Source of the DNA: Oikopleura dioica
Taxonomy: Eukaryota > Animalia > Chordata
Assembly: GCA_907165135.1 (NCBI GenBank)
Contig: OU015568.1
Span: 7,502,001-7,566,000 of the forward strand
DNA length: 64,000 nucleotides
Direction of reading: 5' to 3'
Shown: positions 12,470 through 24,300 of the stretch, in pieces
Numbering within the stretch: the first letter of the stretch is position 1
Layout: the number at the start of each line of letters is the position of its first letter
Position numbers and translations under genes: made by a program
Notes under the pieces: generated by a model
Told to the model about the DNA's origin: nothing
The model's input: the letters and a program-made list of their open reading frames with translations, nothing else
Databases searched by the model: none

Positions 12470-13443
12470 ATGAGGAAAAGCGTAGTTGAACGAGATCATG
12501 ATCATTGTTAAACTCAGCGAAAAGGATATCGCGAAATCGACGAAGTTTGAGAGGCCTTCTGAATCGCAAATTTCCTCAAACGATCTTTTTTGGGTCCAAA
12601 GACATCATCCTATGTCTCTTTTTCATTTCTCAGGACCCGACCTTATCCACAAAAAGCTGAGAAAGGGGCAGCCAACGAAAAACACAACATCAATAATCGC
12701 CAAAATAACGAATGCATCCAGTGTTTCTTGCGAGTTGATTTTCAGCGCAACCATTCCAAGAATAACAAGAAGAATGTTTGATAATTCCCCAGCGGTTGAG
12801 ATTTTAGCGAGAAACTTCTCATTCTCAGAGTCGATGGTACACACGTCTTCTTCTTCGTATTCATAAGAGTAGTCGTTTCGTTCTTTGAAGTTTTTCAGAC
12901 AATCAACTACGATTTTGAGAGAGATCAAAATAATGTCCAAGACGATTATCCAGAAGAAAACGAGCAGCTCCTGATGTGTTGCAAAGCAGGCCCAAGGGGA
13001 TCTGAAAGAAAGGTAGCTTTAAGGAAAGGGTTTTCTTGATCTACCCGACATGTGATGATGGTTGATAGTATGTTGGCTTGTCATAACACTTTTGGCAAGT
13101 TTCAACGTTCACTTCTTCAAAAGGATTGTTCGTGCAGTTCCAGTGGTGGATCTCAAGAATATCATCTAAAAATTCTATGAGTCTCTTCATGATAAAAGTC
13201 TACCTATGATATTTTTAAAAATCATTTGAATATATTCTCAGAACTGCGAAAGACATGCATCCCATTTTGATTTCCTTTCGTCTTGTCGATGAACTTATTA
13301 AATTTCGACGATGATGGCTTTTCGGAACTCTGCGTATTGACATAGTGATAGCTGTACTCAAATAAATTTACATACACATGCGTAAGAGGGAAAGCAGCAA
13401 TGATAACATTTGGATATTTATTTGAATACGTTTTCGAATGCAT
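12470..13443 (-). CDS. Uncharacterised membrane protein, multi-exon
   Basis: Hydrophobic helices in ORF 12623..12940 plus upstream Cys-containing exons; boundaries approximate. Confidence 0.4.
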
Positions 13444-13574
13444 CAGAAAGGAAAATCAGAAAGAGGGAAAATAAACACACGTAATATTTGCAAAACTGAC
13501 TGCACTCAGTGTTTGCATGAAACGTAAGGCGGAAATAAATCTGAGAAAGGGAAAAGAATCACATGGAGGCTTTA

Positions 13575-14058
13575 ATTGAAGCTCATTCCAGAGAATGAAG
13601 ATTCGAATGTTCCGTCTTCAGTGGATCGTCGTGTAGATTCCATTGATGGCTGTTGATCCTCAGTCAGCTTCGTTGGCGATTGTGGTAATGTGACCGTTTG
13701 TTTGCCATTTTCTCCGTTGCAATTGAAGGTCATTCCACTATTCTTCTGTTGTTCGTCCTTAAATTTTTAAAAATTAGAAGAAAAAGTTTTAATTTTTTAC
13801 CTTCATTTGATATCTTGTTGCGAACTGAGTCTCATAAACCTGGAGTAGCTTGGCTTGCATCTGACTTTTTTCCTGGACGTGCTTGATCGTTTCATCCTTT
13901 TGCTTGATCGAATCCTCATACGCTTCGAGCAGCTTGTTTCTTAACTGCTCGTTTTCAATTCTGATATCACGGACGGTTTTTCCTGATTCCGTGATTCTCA
14001 GATGCTCGATCTCATGCAGTTGATACCTGAAATATTTTAAATAAAATATACTAATCAC
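13575..14058 (-). CDS. Coiled-coil-containing hypothetical protein (3' exons)
   Basis: IRIENEQLRNKLLEAYEDSIKQKDETIKHVQEK heptads; 5' exons not resolved. Confidence 0.4.
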
Positions 14059-14653
14059 TGCCTTTAATACTTTGTCGAGTCCTTAATATCCCAGTCTCTA
14101 TTTACTCGGTCAGACATTGAGTCTGTGCCTTGACTCAAGTGCTTCGATGGGAATGGGGCGATTCTTCTGCAGCTACTGTTTTTATGAGCAGGAAGGGATA
14201 ATGGTAAATATTTAGTGGATCATAATGAAGGAAAACACTTGACGAGCGCACAGTATCTTTACCAGTACTGATGACATCATGACGAGATTTTTAAATAATT
14301 ATTAAACATTCGGAGAAAGATCAACATGCGCGCTTCATCTTGGTCCTCGGAAAGGTCGCTTCCGGATTATAATAGCAAGATAACAATTCATGATCAAGGA
14401 CAAATTTGCTAAAAATATACAGTGTCTTCGTCGAGTTTTTGCTGATTGTCGGAGTACAAAAGCTCTTTCTAGCCTTCCATTATTCAATGGTTACCAAGTT
14501 GAGATCCTTTTATAGCGCATAATGTAAAGTGCAAGCAATCTGAATCGCGACACGCGTCCTCAGGCGTGTTTCCTATATTCAAGTGTAACAAAAATAAATT
14601 ACCCCTTTTCACAAAAAAAAATGTTGAATTCAAGAGTAAAGAGTTTCTAGAAC

Positions 14654-17280
14654 ATGATATTGACCCCTGAGGTTGGCGATGAGAGTAATCAGTTTGAAAA
14701 GGTGCCCTGGACCGGAGCCGACATGAGAAATCACGGATCCGGAGTCCCTGTATTCCAAGAAGACGATGAAAACTCCGTCCAGGCGAAGATGAGTTTCATC
14801 ATTGTTTTCCCGGCGAGAAAGGACAAAGAATATGATTCCAATGAGATCTTAATACAGGTACCTTTCTTTATCATTTTTTTTCATAAACAAGCTAGAACGG
14901 GCGCGACAACCTGCCAGCTTGCAAGCCATCACACCACTTCCACATCGAGTACCATCCTTGTCCAGCGAATGAGTCCCGTAAGATCGACATCGTCAATTAC
15001 GGCCACGCTGTCAAAGTCACGCATACAAAGGGTGTCAATTTCATGTACGACGAGATGATCAAAATCAACACAAGGGACAATGTCTCCTGGATTATTGTCA
15101 ACCATACTCATCAACTCACACGCGAGCTCGGAAAGGTAAAATACCTTCACAAGCAGATTTTTAAATAAGTGTAGCTCAATGATACGTTTGACTACAAAGT
15201 GGACACAAAATTAGTCGACAGCCGCGCTGCCATCTCCACCCGCGCAAAGCACGACCGACCTCGCGTCTACCGAATGAGTACGCTGATCAAATCCGAACCA
15301 GAAGACAGCGCCTGGTGGAAGCCATACCTCGACGAAGCCTGCCAACGAGTCTCAGAAGGCGATTACGTCGCTTCGGACAAATCTCGCGTCACCTCCGCCT
15401 CTACTTCGAGAACGACGAGTACGAGGAATTCGAAGAAGATTGAAGGCACGAAAATGTACATGAAAAATACCCCCGCTGCGTTGACGTTTGAAATGGGCGA
15501 GATGTTCTTCGATAAGCTGACGATGCTCAGATCATCAAAAGGCAAGCGTGGTAATGGAGAAGAGCATGGTCAAAGTTGGATCAGTTTCGCTGGCAAATTG
15601 GAGCTGGACAAGAAACTTCTCACGACAAGGCAAGAAGAATATTTCAATCCGATGAAGATCACCCTCGGCCGTTTGGGTCCAATGCCACGAAAGCCTCACA
15701 CGCCAGAGTTTCTCCAAAACCACCCAGATGTCAAGCCTGTTACTGCCTCCTTTCACGCCTTTGGGAAAAACTACACGACGAACCCGGTGCAGCAGGATTC
15801 AGTTTGCGCGCTAAACACGTCGTTCGTGATTCTTACCGGACTGATCCCGAAAGAGAGGATCGCTGATCTTTTCAGACGGGTTATCTTCCGATTTAGAGGT
15901 AAGCTGGCATGATGCAACGAAATTGAGCTAACTGTCTGTTTTAGTTCATGATCGGGATTTGATCCAGAGAGCCCAGAAATCAGTCAAAACAGATCCCGTA
16001 TGGAACCGAATCAACCCAAGTCGACTTTCAAGCGCAATCAAGACACCCGTTCCAAATTCTTATGGGGAGGCGAAACTTTCACTTATTGACTTTGCCAAAG
16101 GAGCGAAAAGTCTCACTGTCAGTCTGCCCGTTTTTGGAAAACAGAACACCTTGATGAAAGGATACAAAGGGCAGCTACTTCCTCTTTCTCCCGGCGCCTT
16201 TGTTGACGCTGGAACAGGTTCGTAAACTCAAGGCAACCTGTGTAGAAAACCTGAGTCAGGGTCTGAAAGTGCTTAAATGAAAAGCCGCGCAGCGGCTTTT
16301 TTTGAGAACGAAGCCGCTTAGCGGCTTCGCGAATATTGCAATTACAATCTATAAAAAATTCTAGAAGCCGCTCTTTCGGACCCTGACTCAGGTTTTCTGC
16401 ACAGGCTGCCGAGCCCAGGTCACAGCTTTTAACCATTTTTTGATAGAGCTGGAAGTTACAGTGCAAGTAAAGTTTCCGTATAAATTATCCTCTCCACGGG
16501 TTGAAATGAACGAGCACACTCCATACGGGCTGATAATGTTCACATCCGCTGGCGGAGCATCAACGAATCTCGACCTTCTCAAGGAACACGTCAAAAAGCA
16601 CAATGTCGAAAATGATAAAGACTCAGATCTACACGCGACTGGATATCATATACAAATTGGCCAAATGGTAAGTTTCCTTGGAGAAGCTCATCTGACTCTT
16701 TTTAGCAATATTTAACGGTAGAAGGGCCTGCGAATGGAATCGTCAAAGATCTTTGGGAAATTTCGAAGCAGTTAAATAATTCAAACCTAAGCTGTCTCTA
16801 CAATTCAAGCATATTCTTCTCAGAAAGACGTTATATAAATCAGCAGCAAGACTTTTCCAGAATATTAATTGAAGCAAATCTAAATGTAAGATTCGCTCAC
16901 CCAAAAATTGCTAATTAACCCAACATTCAGGACTTTATCTCTCAAGGCTGGGCGTACAGTGGAACTCGCATGCCTAGAAATGCTCTAGAAACAATGATCA
17001 AAATAAGCTGCATCAACAGATATAGAAAACTCGAAGGTCTTTTATGTAAGGAACTTTCAAACATCAATGATTTAACAATCTCCTTTTAGCTGCTGATTTA
17101 CTGCTAACAGAAGACGATCTGAGCTCAATTACCGACCGCGATTTCGACCAGATTCTTTCCGGAAAATGGACTGAAGAAGGAGAAGAGCAAGAAAAATCCT
17201 CAAAGCCCGCATGATCGAATCTATGAAGTCGAAGCCGAGAAAATCGCTGGTGCTCCCCAAAGGATTCAACCTCCTTTGAC
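14654..17280 (+). CDS. CFAP92: CFAP92 (KIAA1257)-like protein, multi-exon
   Basis: HFHIEYHPCP..ESRKIDIVNYGHAVKV, HTHQLTRELG, AISTRAKHDRPRVY, VHDRD, NSYGEAKLSLIDF..SLPVF, matching my recollection of this family; 3' end approximate. Confidence 0.65.
16232..16418. mobile_element. MITE family A, copy 2, filling most of GT-AG intron 16218-16446
   Basis: GGCAACCTGTGTAGAAAACCTGAGTCAGGGTCTG...CCCTGACTCAGGTTTTCTGCACAGGCTGCCGAGCCCAG; internal AAGCCGC/GCGGCTT palindromes; left end eroded, no TSD. Confidence 0.85.
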
Positions 17281-17378
17281 GCTTCTTTGTATATTATATC
17301 TCCATTTTTATAAATGTTACCACAAATAAAATTTTGTATTTTTGTAGAAATTGTGTATTTTATTTGCTTGTTTGAAGT

Positions 17379-18943
17379 TCATGTACATGTTCCGAGCGGT
17401 TTTAGTTCGTTTCCTCGGCAGCAAGCTAATCTTCTCGGGTCGTAGGTTCGGTTCCCGCAGCATTTTCGTATGTTTCCTCCTTGGAAAATTCTTTCTAGGG
17501 TTATCAATTATGTAAGAAGGTTAAGAATTGTTAGCGGTTAATCGTACTTGCCGTGCTAATGCTCATGTTGGTTATAATTTTCTACCAATCATAAAAGAAA
17601 GAAAAACTATTAATTATAAAAAAAATTCCTTCTTTTATGGTTTTTAAAATCTTCATTTTTTCAACCCACAGTCCTAAAAGGAAATCTCTCCGGATACTCC
17701 CCACAGCAACTTTCTTCATTCCTACTAACTCCAGCTGAAAACTCCAGTTTCGCTTGCTCAGCCTTTACTTTTGAGCTGTTCTCATCGTTCTTTTTGTTCG
17801 CGAAGCAAAATTTTTCCGTATCAAAAGCGCCATTAGCATGCGAAAAGTACGGGGAATACTCGGATTCAAGAGCGACAAGTTCCATCGCCAGCTTTTTGTC
17901 GCATTCGCAGTGGTGTCGGCGACAAGAGCCTCGCTAGAAAGGGTTGAATGGAAGATTGTTGGTTGATAGACCTTGTTCTTGCAGACGACGTTCTTTTCGC
18001 CCGTGGCACGTGACTTGTTCGACTTGAAGGTGTACGGCGCCCAATCTGGACAGTCGACATGGTCCATGTTGACACATGAAATGCATTTGTGAAAACGCTG
18101 GCAGACACGGTCAATCTCATCGACTGGTTCTCCGTGACCGCCAAGGACTGCTTCCACACCTAAACCAGCGAGTTCGCAAAAAAAGAATTGAAATTGCCAG
18201 AATCACCTTTGACAAAACACCAGCAGCCGTATCGATAAAACTTGTCAAAATCGGGCGTTTCTTGAAGAAACATCGTCATTTTCATTATTTGGTTGACCCG
18301 ATTCGCCGTGGCGACTTCTAGGCCAAAGGCCGATACGCTTGAAGCTTTATTGATATTCCCAAAGCCAAGGCCGCGTTGAAATTCATCGAAATTCACCGCA
18401 TTTTGGATCTAAAAATGAAAGAAAGAATAAAAATATAGAAGAGGAGGGGTGACCAAATTAATTTGTCGAAAGACCTAGTTGTAACTGGCCCGGGCACTTG
18501 TAGAAAACACGGGCTAATACAGTGGTCGATATCAGAGGGATTTGATATCTCGAGATGAGGAGCTGGAATCTACGAGAAGCTCATAAATGTATCGATAAAT
18601 CTACTGTAGTTAAATCGGCACATCGATTCGACCGAACAAATAAAAGATCTATATTATATTATATTATATTATATTATATTATATTATATTATATTATATT
18701 ATATTATATTATATTATATTATATTATATTATATTATATTATATTATATTATATTATATTATATTATATTATATTATATTATATTATATTATATTATATT
18801 ATATTATATTATATTATTACCTCATAAACAGCATTACTTCTTTGAATGTAGTTGTACAAATCTAGTCCTCTAAAATTCCCTTTGTATCCGTCTTCTTCGC
18901 TCTGGCTGTTTATAACACTAAGAAAAAAGCTCAAAATCTTCAT
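17379..18943 (-). CDS. Secreted phospholipase A2-like protein, probably non-catalytic
   Basis: MKILSFFLSVINS leader; FYRYGCWCF; GEPVDEIDRVCQRFHKCISC; CECDKKLA; C-terminal CCGEYPERFPF and CCGNRTYDPRRLACC. Confidence 0.7.
18651..18815. repeat. (ATATT)33 microsatellite
   Basis: Perfect pentamer array, 165 bp. Confidence 0.98.
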
Positions 18944-19011
18944 ATTTTTTCAATCAGAAAGCCGAAGAAAATATTCTTCTTTCGGCTTCTTCCTTCTCCT
19001 GCGATGTGAAA

Positions 19012-20850
19012 ATGCTCACAGTGAGTGAAAATTTGATGCATAGAATGACGTTTTAAAACATTGTTTAGAGAATTTAGTTTCGGTTTGTCAGATCCGATTC
19101 GCGTGAGCTAATTCAATATTCAAAGATGAAAGAAATCCGGGCTTGAAATCAGCACTAAGGCAATTGACACGTATAAAGAACTCACATGGATTTTGGAAAT
19201 TGAAAATGACATAATGGAGTTGACCATTTTTCACCGATTTAGACCTTCAAGTTCAAGAAAATGGAAATTTTTATTAATAAAATATTCGAAAAATCGACAA
19301 TTAGGAAGTTCTAGCGTCGAATTTGTCCAAAAGAGAGCCACAAAAAATGAGCCAAGTCACGTGTTGTAATAAAAGCTCACCGATATAAATAATTTATATC
19401 GTCATCAACAAAAATGAGCGCTCTGGCCAGCACGGGAAGAAAAATAACAGCGACACTTTGAGGATCGATTCTTTCTGATCTCGCACCATCAAGTGGAAAA
19501 GCCAAAATAGGTAAAGCTTAATTATTACAAGACCGAATATTTCTATAAATTCAGATTCGCACACTGCTTTTTATTTTTTCATTTTCTGATGGAAGAAAAT
19601 ATGAACAGCGAGATAGGAGTAGAAACAAAAGAGCAGCGAAGAGATACACCTTTTGTTAAGTCTGATTTTACTGTAAATATCATCGAAGGTAAGTCGAAGG
19701 CTCGGCAACCTGTGTAGAAAACCTGAGTCAGGGTCTGAATGAGCGGCTTCGCCAGAATTTTTCATAGATTAAGTGTGTCAACAACGATTTTCAGCCAACT
19801 TTTGACCCCGGTAGAGGTCAAAAATCATAAAAAGGACCCTTATTCGATCGTTGTTGACACCCCTAAAATGGTTATTTTTGCGAAGCCGCTTCGGCTCTTT
19901 CAGACCCTGACTCAGGTTTACTACGCAGGTTGCCGAGCCCAAAGCCTCGTTAAATTTCATTAAAACTTCAATTCAAGATGGTGAAAAACGACGAGATACT
20001 CCAATGGTGATCCCTCCTCTAAAAACAAACAAGTCAAATCTCAAAAACGAAAAAATGATACTCAGGTGACAAGGAAATATATTGAGAATACATGCTCTTA
20101 TTGATATTTCAGCCAAATAAAAGAGACCTGAAAAGAAAAGAATTGAATAAGACAACTTCGACTTCCGGAAACACAAAATTGAATTCAATTAATAATTGCG
20201 CGAATTGAGTATTGTATCCTTTTCTTTTATGCTTTTTTCCTGCACTAGAACTTGGTGAAAAATAAATTGATTATCGTGAAACTGGTGAAAAAAAAAACTG
20301 GCGAATTTGAAATCTGCAAATCGATGAGTGAAATCAGTCTGATTCGAATCAGGGAGCTGTTGAACCGAGCTGAGCTCGACAAATCGAGATTATACATATG
20401 CGCCTGGCCAGGGTCCGATAATTTGAGCTCACGATAAAACTCATTTTTGGCTGAGTTCTCGATTTTCTCAAATTGAGAACTCAGTTCGACTTGAGAAATC
20501 ATTTGGAGATTTTCTGAGATTTTCCTTGAGAGCAGGGAAATCTCATGAGTTTTCAAAAACTCCATTTGAGCGAGCGCGCGGATTGGCCCGCCGGTTGGCC
20601 CGGCGGCGAGTCGGCGCAGCCACAGCATATCGTAGGCGCGTTGCGTAAGGCTGCGCACTTACAAAAATCGTCCACCCCGCCTTGACTGGCTCGTGGATCG
20701 CGAGCGCCACCACAAAATTTGATTTCTCACGCGAGCTCTCATCTCTGAGTTTCTCAAAACTCCAATTTAAAAACTGAGTTCTCAAGCTTTGTTTCGTGGA
20801 GTTTTAGCGTGAGCTCAAATTATCGGACCCTGCGCCTGGCACGGTTAATA
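19012..20850 (+). CDS. Uncharacterised multi-exon gene
   Basis: ATGCTCACA|GTGAGT start; GT-AG intron 19689-19977 joins ..VNIIE|DGEKRRDTPM..; exon chain not fully resolved. Confidence 0.35.
19699..19940. mobile_element. MITE family A, copy 3, filling most of intron 19689-19977
   Basis: GGCTCGGCAACCTGTGTAGAAAACCTGAGTCAGGGTCTGAA...TTCAGACCCTGACTCAGGTTTACTACGCAGGTTGCCGAGCC. Confidence 0.88.
20409..20832. mobile_element. hAT-like MITE, family C
   Basis: 34-bp TIR CAGGGTCCGATAATTTGAGCTCACG(A/C)TAAAACTC with 1 mismatch; perfect 8-bp TSD CGCCTGGC at 20401-20408 and 20833-20840. Confidence 0.92.
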
Positions 20851-21003
20851 ATTAACGCTACTGTAGAAGAATAATTGTATTGAAAGGATGAGCAAAAATT
20901 AATCCTGTCTAATGTTGTCTAATGAAATGAAATCTGCGTCCCTTCTGTCACGTGACACAGAAACATGCTTTGTTTTTAGACTTCTTCTACCAGTAGTCAT
21001 AAA

Positions 21004-21188
21004 CTGGGCTCGGCAACCTGTGTAGAAAACCTGAGTCAAGGTTTGAGTAATCTTTATAAAAACCGCGCAGCGACTATTTTTAACTAAGCCGCAAAGCGGC
21101 TTCGTTTTTAAAAAAGTCGCTATGCGGTTTTTCATAAAAGATATTTCAGACCCTGACTAAGGTTTTCTACACAGGTTGCCGAGCTCAG
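21004..21188. mobile_element. MITE family A, copy 4 (intergenic)
   Basis: CTGGGCTCGGCAACCTGTGTAG...CTACACAGGTTGCCGAGCTCAG; flanks GTCATAAA / ATCATAAA (7/8 TSD match). Confidence 0.9.
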
Positions 21189-21323
21189 ATCATAAATTAT
21201 TTCATTAATTTTAGTTTTTATTTATTAATAAAAGCAGTTCTCAATTTAATGACAAATCAAATTTTGAATTCAAAAATATCAAAATTGTCAGGACAGTATC
21301 ATTTCTCCGAGTCTCTCTCTTCT

Positions 21324-24300
21324 CTAGGGTTGCTTGACAATTTGTTCCTTGAATCCGGGGGCAGTTTTTCGCGCAAGAAGCTCAGCATACATCGGCAAAC
21401 GAGCGGTCATTGGGAAGCCCCAGCTATCGCTAGGGTTATAAGATGAAAATTCGACCCATTTTTCTAGCTTTGTTTAGGGGTCTTATGATACAGTTTTAGA
21501 AAGCTCAGAAGATAAGCTTTCATTTGGGCACAATTTCAAGTGGTCTGGGTCATGCCCGCAAGGCAATTTATCGCACCGGAAGTTCTAATATCGGCACTAG
21601 AACTCTTCAATCGATTTTTGGGTGCTGGGGTTCACTCGAAATGGCTCGAAAATAGGTGCGTTAGAAAGCTCATCGTCTGAGCTTCCTAAAACGCCAATAA
21701 AATACTGCTGACTCGGAACTTAGTGGCCGTTAGAGGCGCTAGAATAGTAAATTTCTCGGATTTTTAGGGATCAAACGCGATAATTTTCGTCTCTACCAGA
21801 CGGTTTGGACCCCGTTAACGTCATTTCTAAGATAGATACGTCTTCATTTATATATAAGAGCCCGAAATTTTGACCAAATAGGCAAGACCCCTAAACAAAG
21901 CTAGAAAAATGGGTCAAATTTTCATCTTATAACCCTAGCTATCGCGCACTTGACGAATGTGGTTGAGATCGACTTCGGAAACGAGGAGGCCTTCTTCTGT
22001 TCGGGAAAGTCCCGGGGTTCTGGTCGCGTCAGGAGCTCCAACATAGCTGGATAGAGAATATCAGAGTGGTCGAAAACAAGAAAAAAGTACCTTGATCCAT
22101 AGAAGTGTCCAAAATCCTTGTGCGCTGGCTTTCCGTTAGCGCTTGTGAACTCATTCGGGAAATGCTCAGTTCCAACTCGGTTGATGTTTCCAGTAAAGTA
22201 GCCCCATGCGATTGAAGCACATCGTCCTTCAATGCCCCACATGGGTTCGGAAAGCGCACCGACAGTTGCGGAGGGGTTGAAAACGATCTCAGCGCCGTTG
22301 AGACCGTATCCCATCCAGTTGAGTGGGTGGTGTCGCCCGTAACAGATGTTGATGGCGACTTTTCCAAAGTCGGTTTCAAAAACCTATGTATCAATTATTA
22401 ATATATTTCAGCAAACAAGGTGTTGAATAAAATCGACAGACGGGCGGCTTATCTTCCCAGACTTATCCGCTACTGAGACTTACTGGATGACCATCCTCGC
22501 CTTCCATATAATAAGTAGACTCGTTGAAATCGCCGACTCGTGGAATATGATTCTTTCTCGTCTTTCCAAGATACTCGCCCCTGTTGGAAATGACGACGGC
22601 CGTGTTCCAAATCGTTTCTCGGTCGCTACAATTTCACAATTACAAAATTAGCCACATATCAAACGCGGGCCGCAGTGACGCACCTGAAGTCGCGCTCTAG
22701 AATTGGCGAGACAATCACCATGTTGTGCTTGGCGGCGAGGGTTGAAAGGAGTTTGGTGCTGATGCCGAGATATGTAAATGCACCGAGCGCGCGTCTTTTT
22801 CATTCAAATTTTACGCTGCAGTTATTACTTATCAATCCTACTTCAACTTTAAGACCTGCAATCATGGAAGAAATATTCGATGTCGAAAAAATCTATTTCA
22901 GATTTCGACGTAAAAACACTCCTTCCAGGTATCAACTACTGACCTTGAATAAACATTACCTCTGTTCCCATGAAAAACTAGTAGCTAACCAGCTCATATC
23001 CCGTCAGCTATCAGCAATTAGGGCATTTCGCCACGCAGCTGGTCATGCTTAGCCTCGAAATTTCCGCGAAGCGGGCGTCGCCAAATATGAAAAAACAGCA
23101 ATTAGCAAGGTTCTAATCGCCCCCTATCATCACATGGGAAAACCCACAAGCACCGATTCCATCTCTTGAAATTGAATCTAGATGGAGCACAATGAAAAGA
23201 ATGATGGTGCTCTTGAACACAAAGTAGGGATATAAAAAGATCACGGAAAATTCTATCATCATAAAAAAAAAAACTAATCAGAAAACTACTAATGGAAAAC
23301 TACTTCAAAAACTATCTCATTTTTATTTCCCTCGGCCAAGTTGGCGTTTGCTTGTCCGCCCTGATCCTCTCCTGGCAGCTATTCACCGATAATGCCTCAC
23401 TAGAGAATATCCCCGCAATGCTCGGTTACATTTGCTCGATCTTTGGTCTTGTTGCGGCGACTTGCACGATCTACGGAATCAAGAATTCAAAGCCCGTCTG
23501 GCTCCTCATTCACTGCGTCCTTGGAGTCATCACATTCACCCTCATCCTCCCTACTCTTGGGGCTCATCTTTACATGCTGGCCGCCGCAGCTGAAGGAAAT
23601 CCCGCCCTACTTCCGCTCGAAACAATGTCTACCGCCCGCTCAAACGCCTGGTCTCTTTCAACGATGATCATAATTCTAGCGCTGATGATTCTCCTCTTCA
23701 TCGCGACGATTCTCATGTCCTGGATCGTTCAAGAACGACTGTACGAAGAGAAAGAGTGCAAAGAACGAATTATCCAGTACATGGCTCGAGAAGACAATTT
23801 AGAAACGATCAGGCGAAATTATCAAGAGCTGATCATGACAATTTCCGACAAAGGAACTGAACAGACTTATCTTGTGTAATGTCTGCTGTGAGTAAATTAC
23901 ATCCTTGACCATCTGTAAATAAAAAAATTCGCCTCTGAGTAATCGAATGCTTTCCCTTCCTGAGATATTCTGCAAACATGAGCAGAATTTAAGCAGGCGA
24001 AATGAACGCAAAATTAGCAAAAAGAAAACTCAAGATTTAGTTTTTTAAAAAATGTTCATTCTTCAAAACGCGACCGCAGCTTTCGAGGCCCCAGAAATTT
24101 ATGGAGATGATACGATTTTCGAAGGAAAAAGCGTTCCCTTCATGGCTTTCGTGGTCATCCTTGCTCTCGTTGGCATTGTTCTCGGTTTGAAAGGCTGTAA
24201 AATATGGATGGAAGATGTCGAAATTGCCACTACAGAAGCTACTGTAACTCCTGCTAAACAACCACTGACGGCCAAAATTAGTGGTTTCAACCCGCTATAC

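Noticed and set aside
18555-18827. ORF with (ILYYI)n
   Set aside because: Translation of the ATATT microsatellite on the non-coding strand of an intron.
21324-21331. TAGGGTT at the UPB1 stop codon matching the family B TIR start
   Set aside because: Only 7 bp and explained by the CAA CCC TAG codons; likely coincidence.
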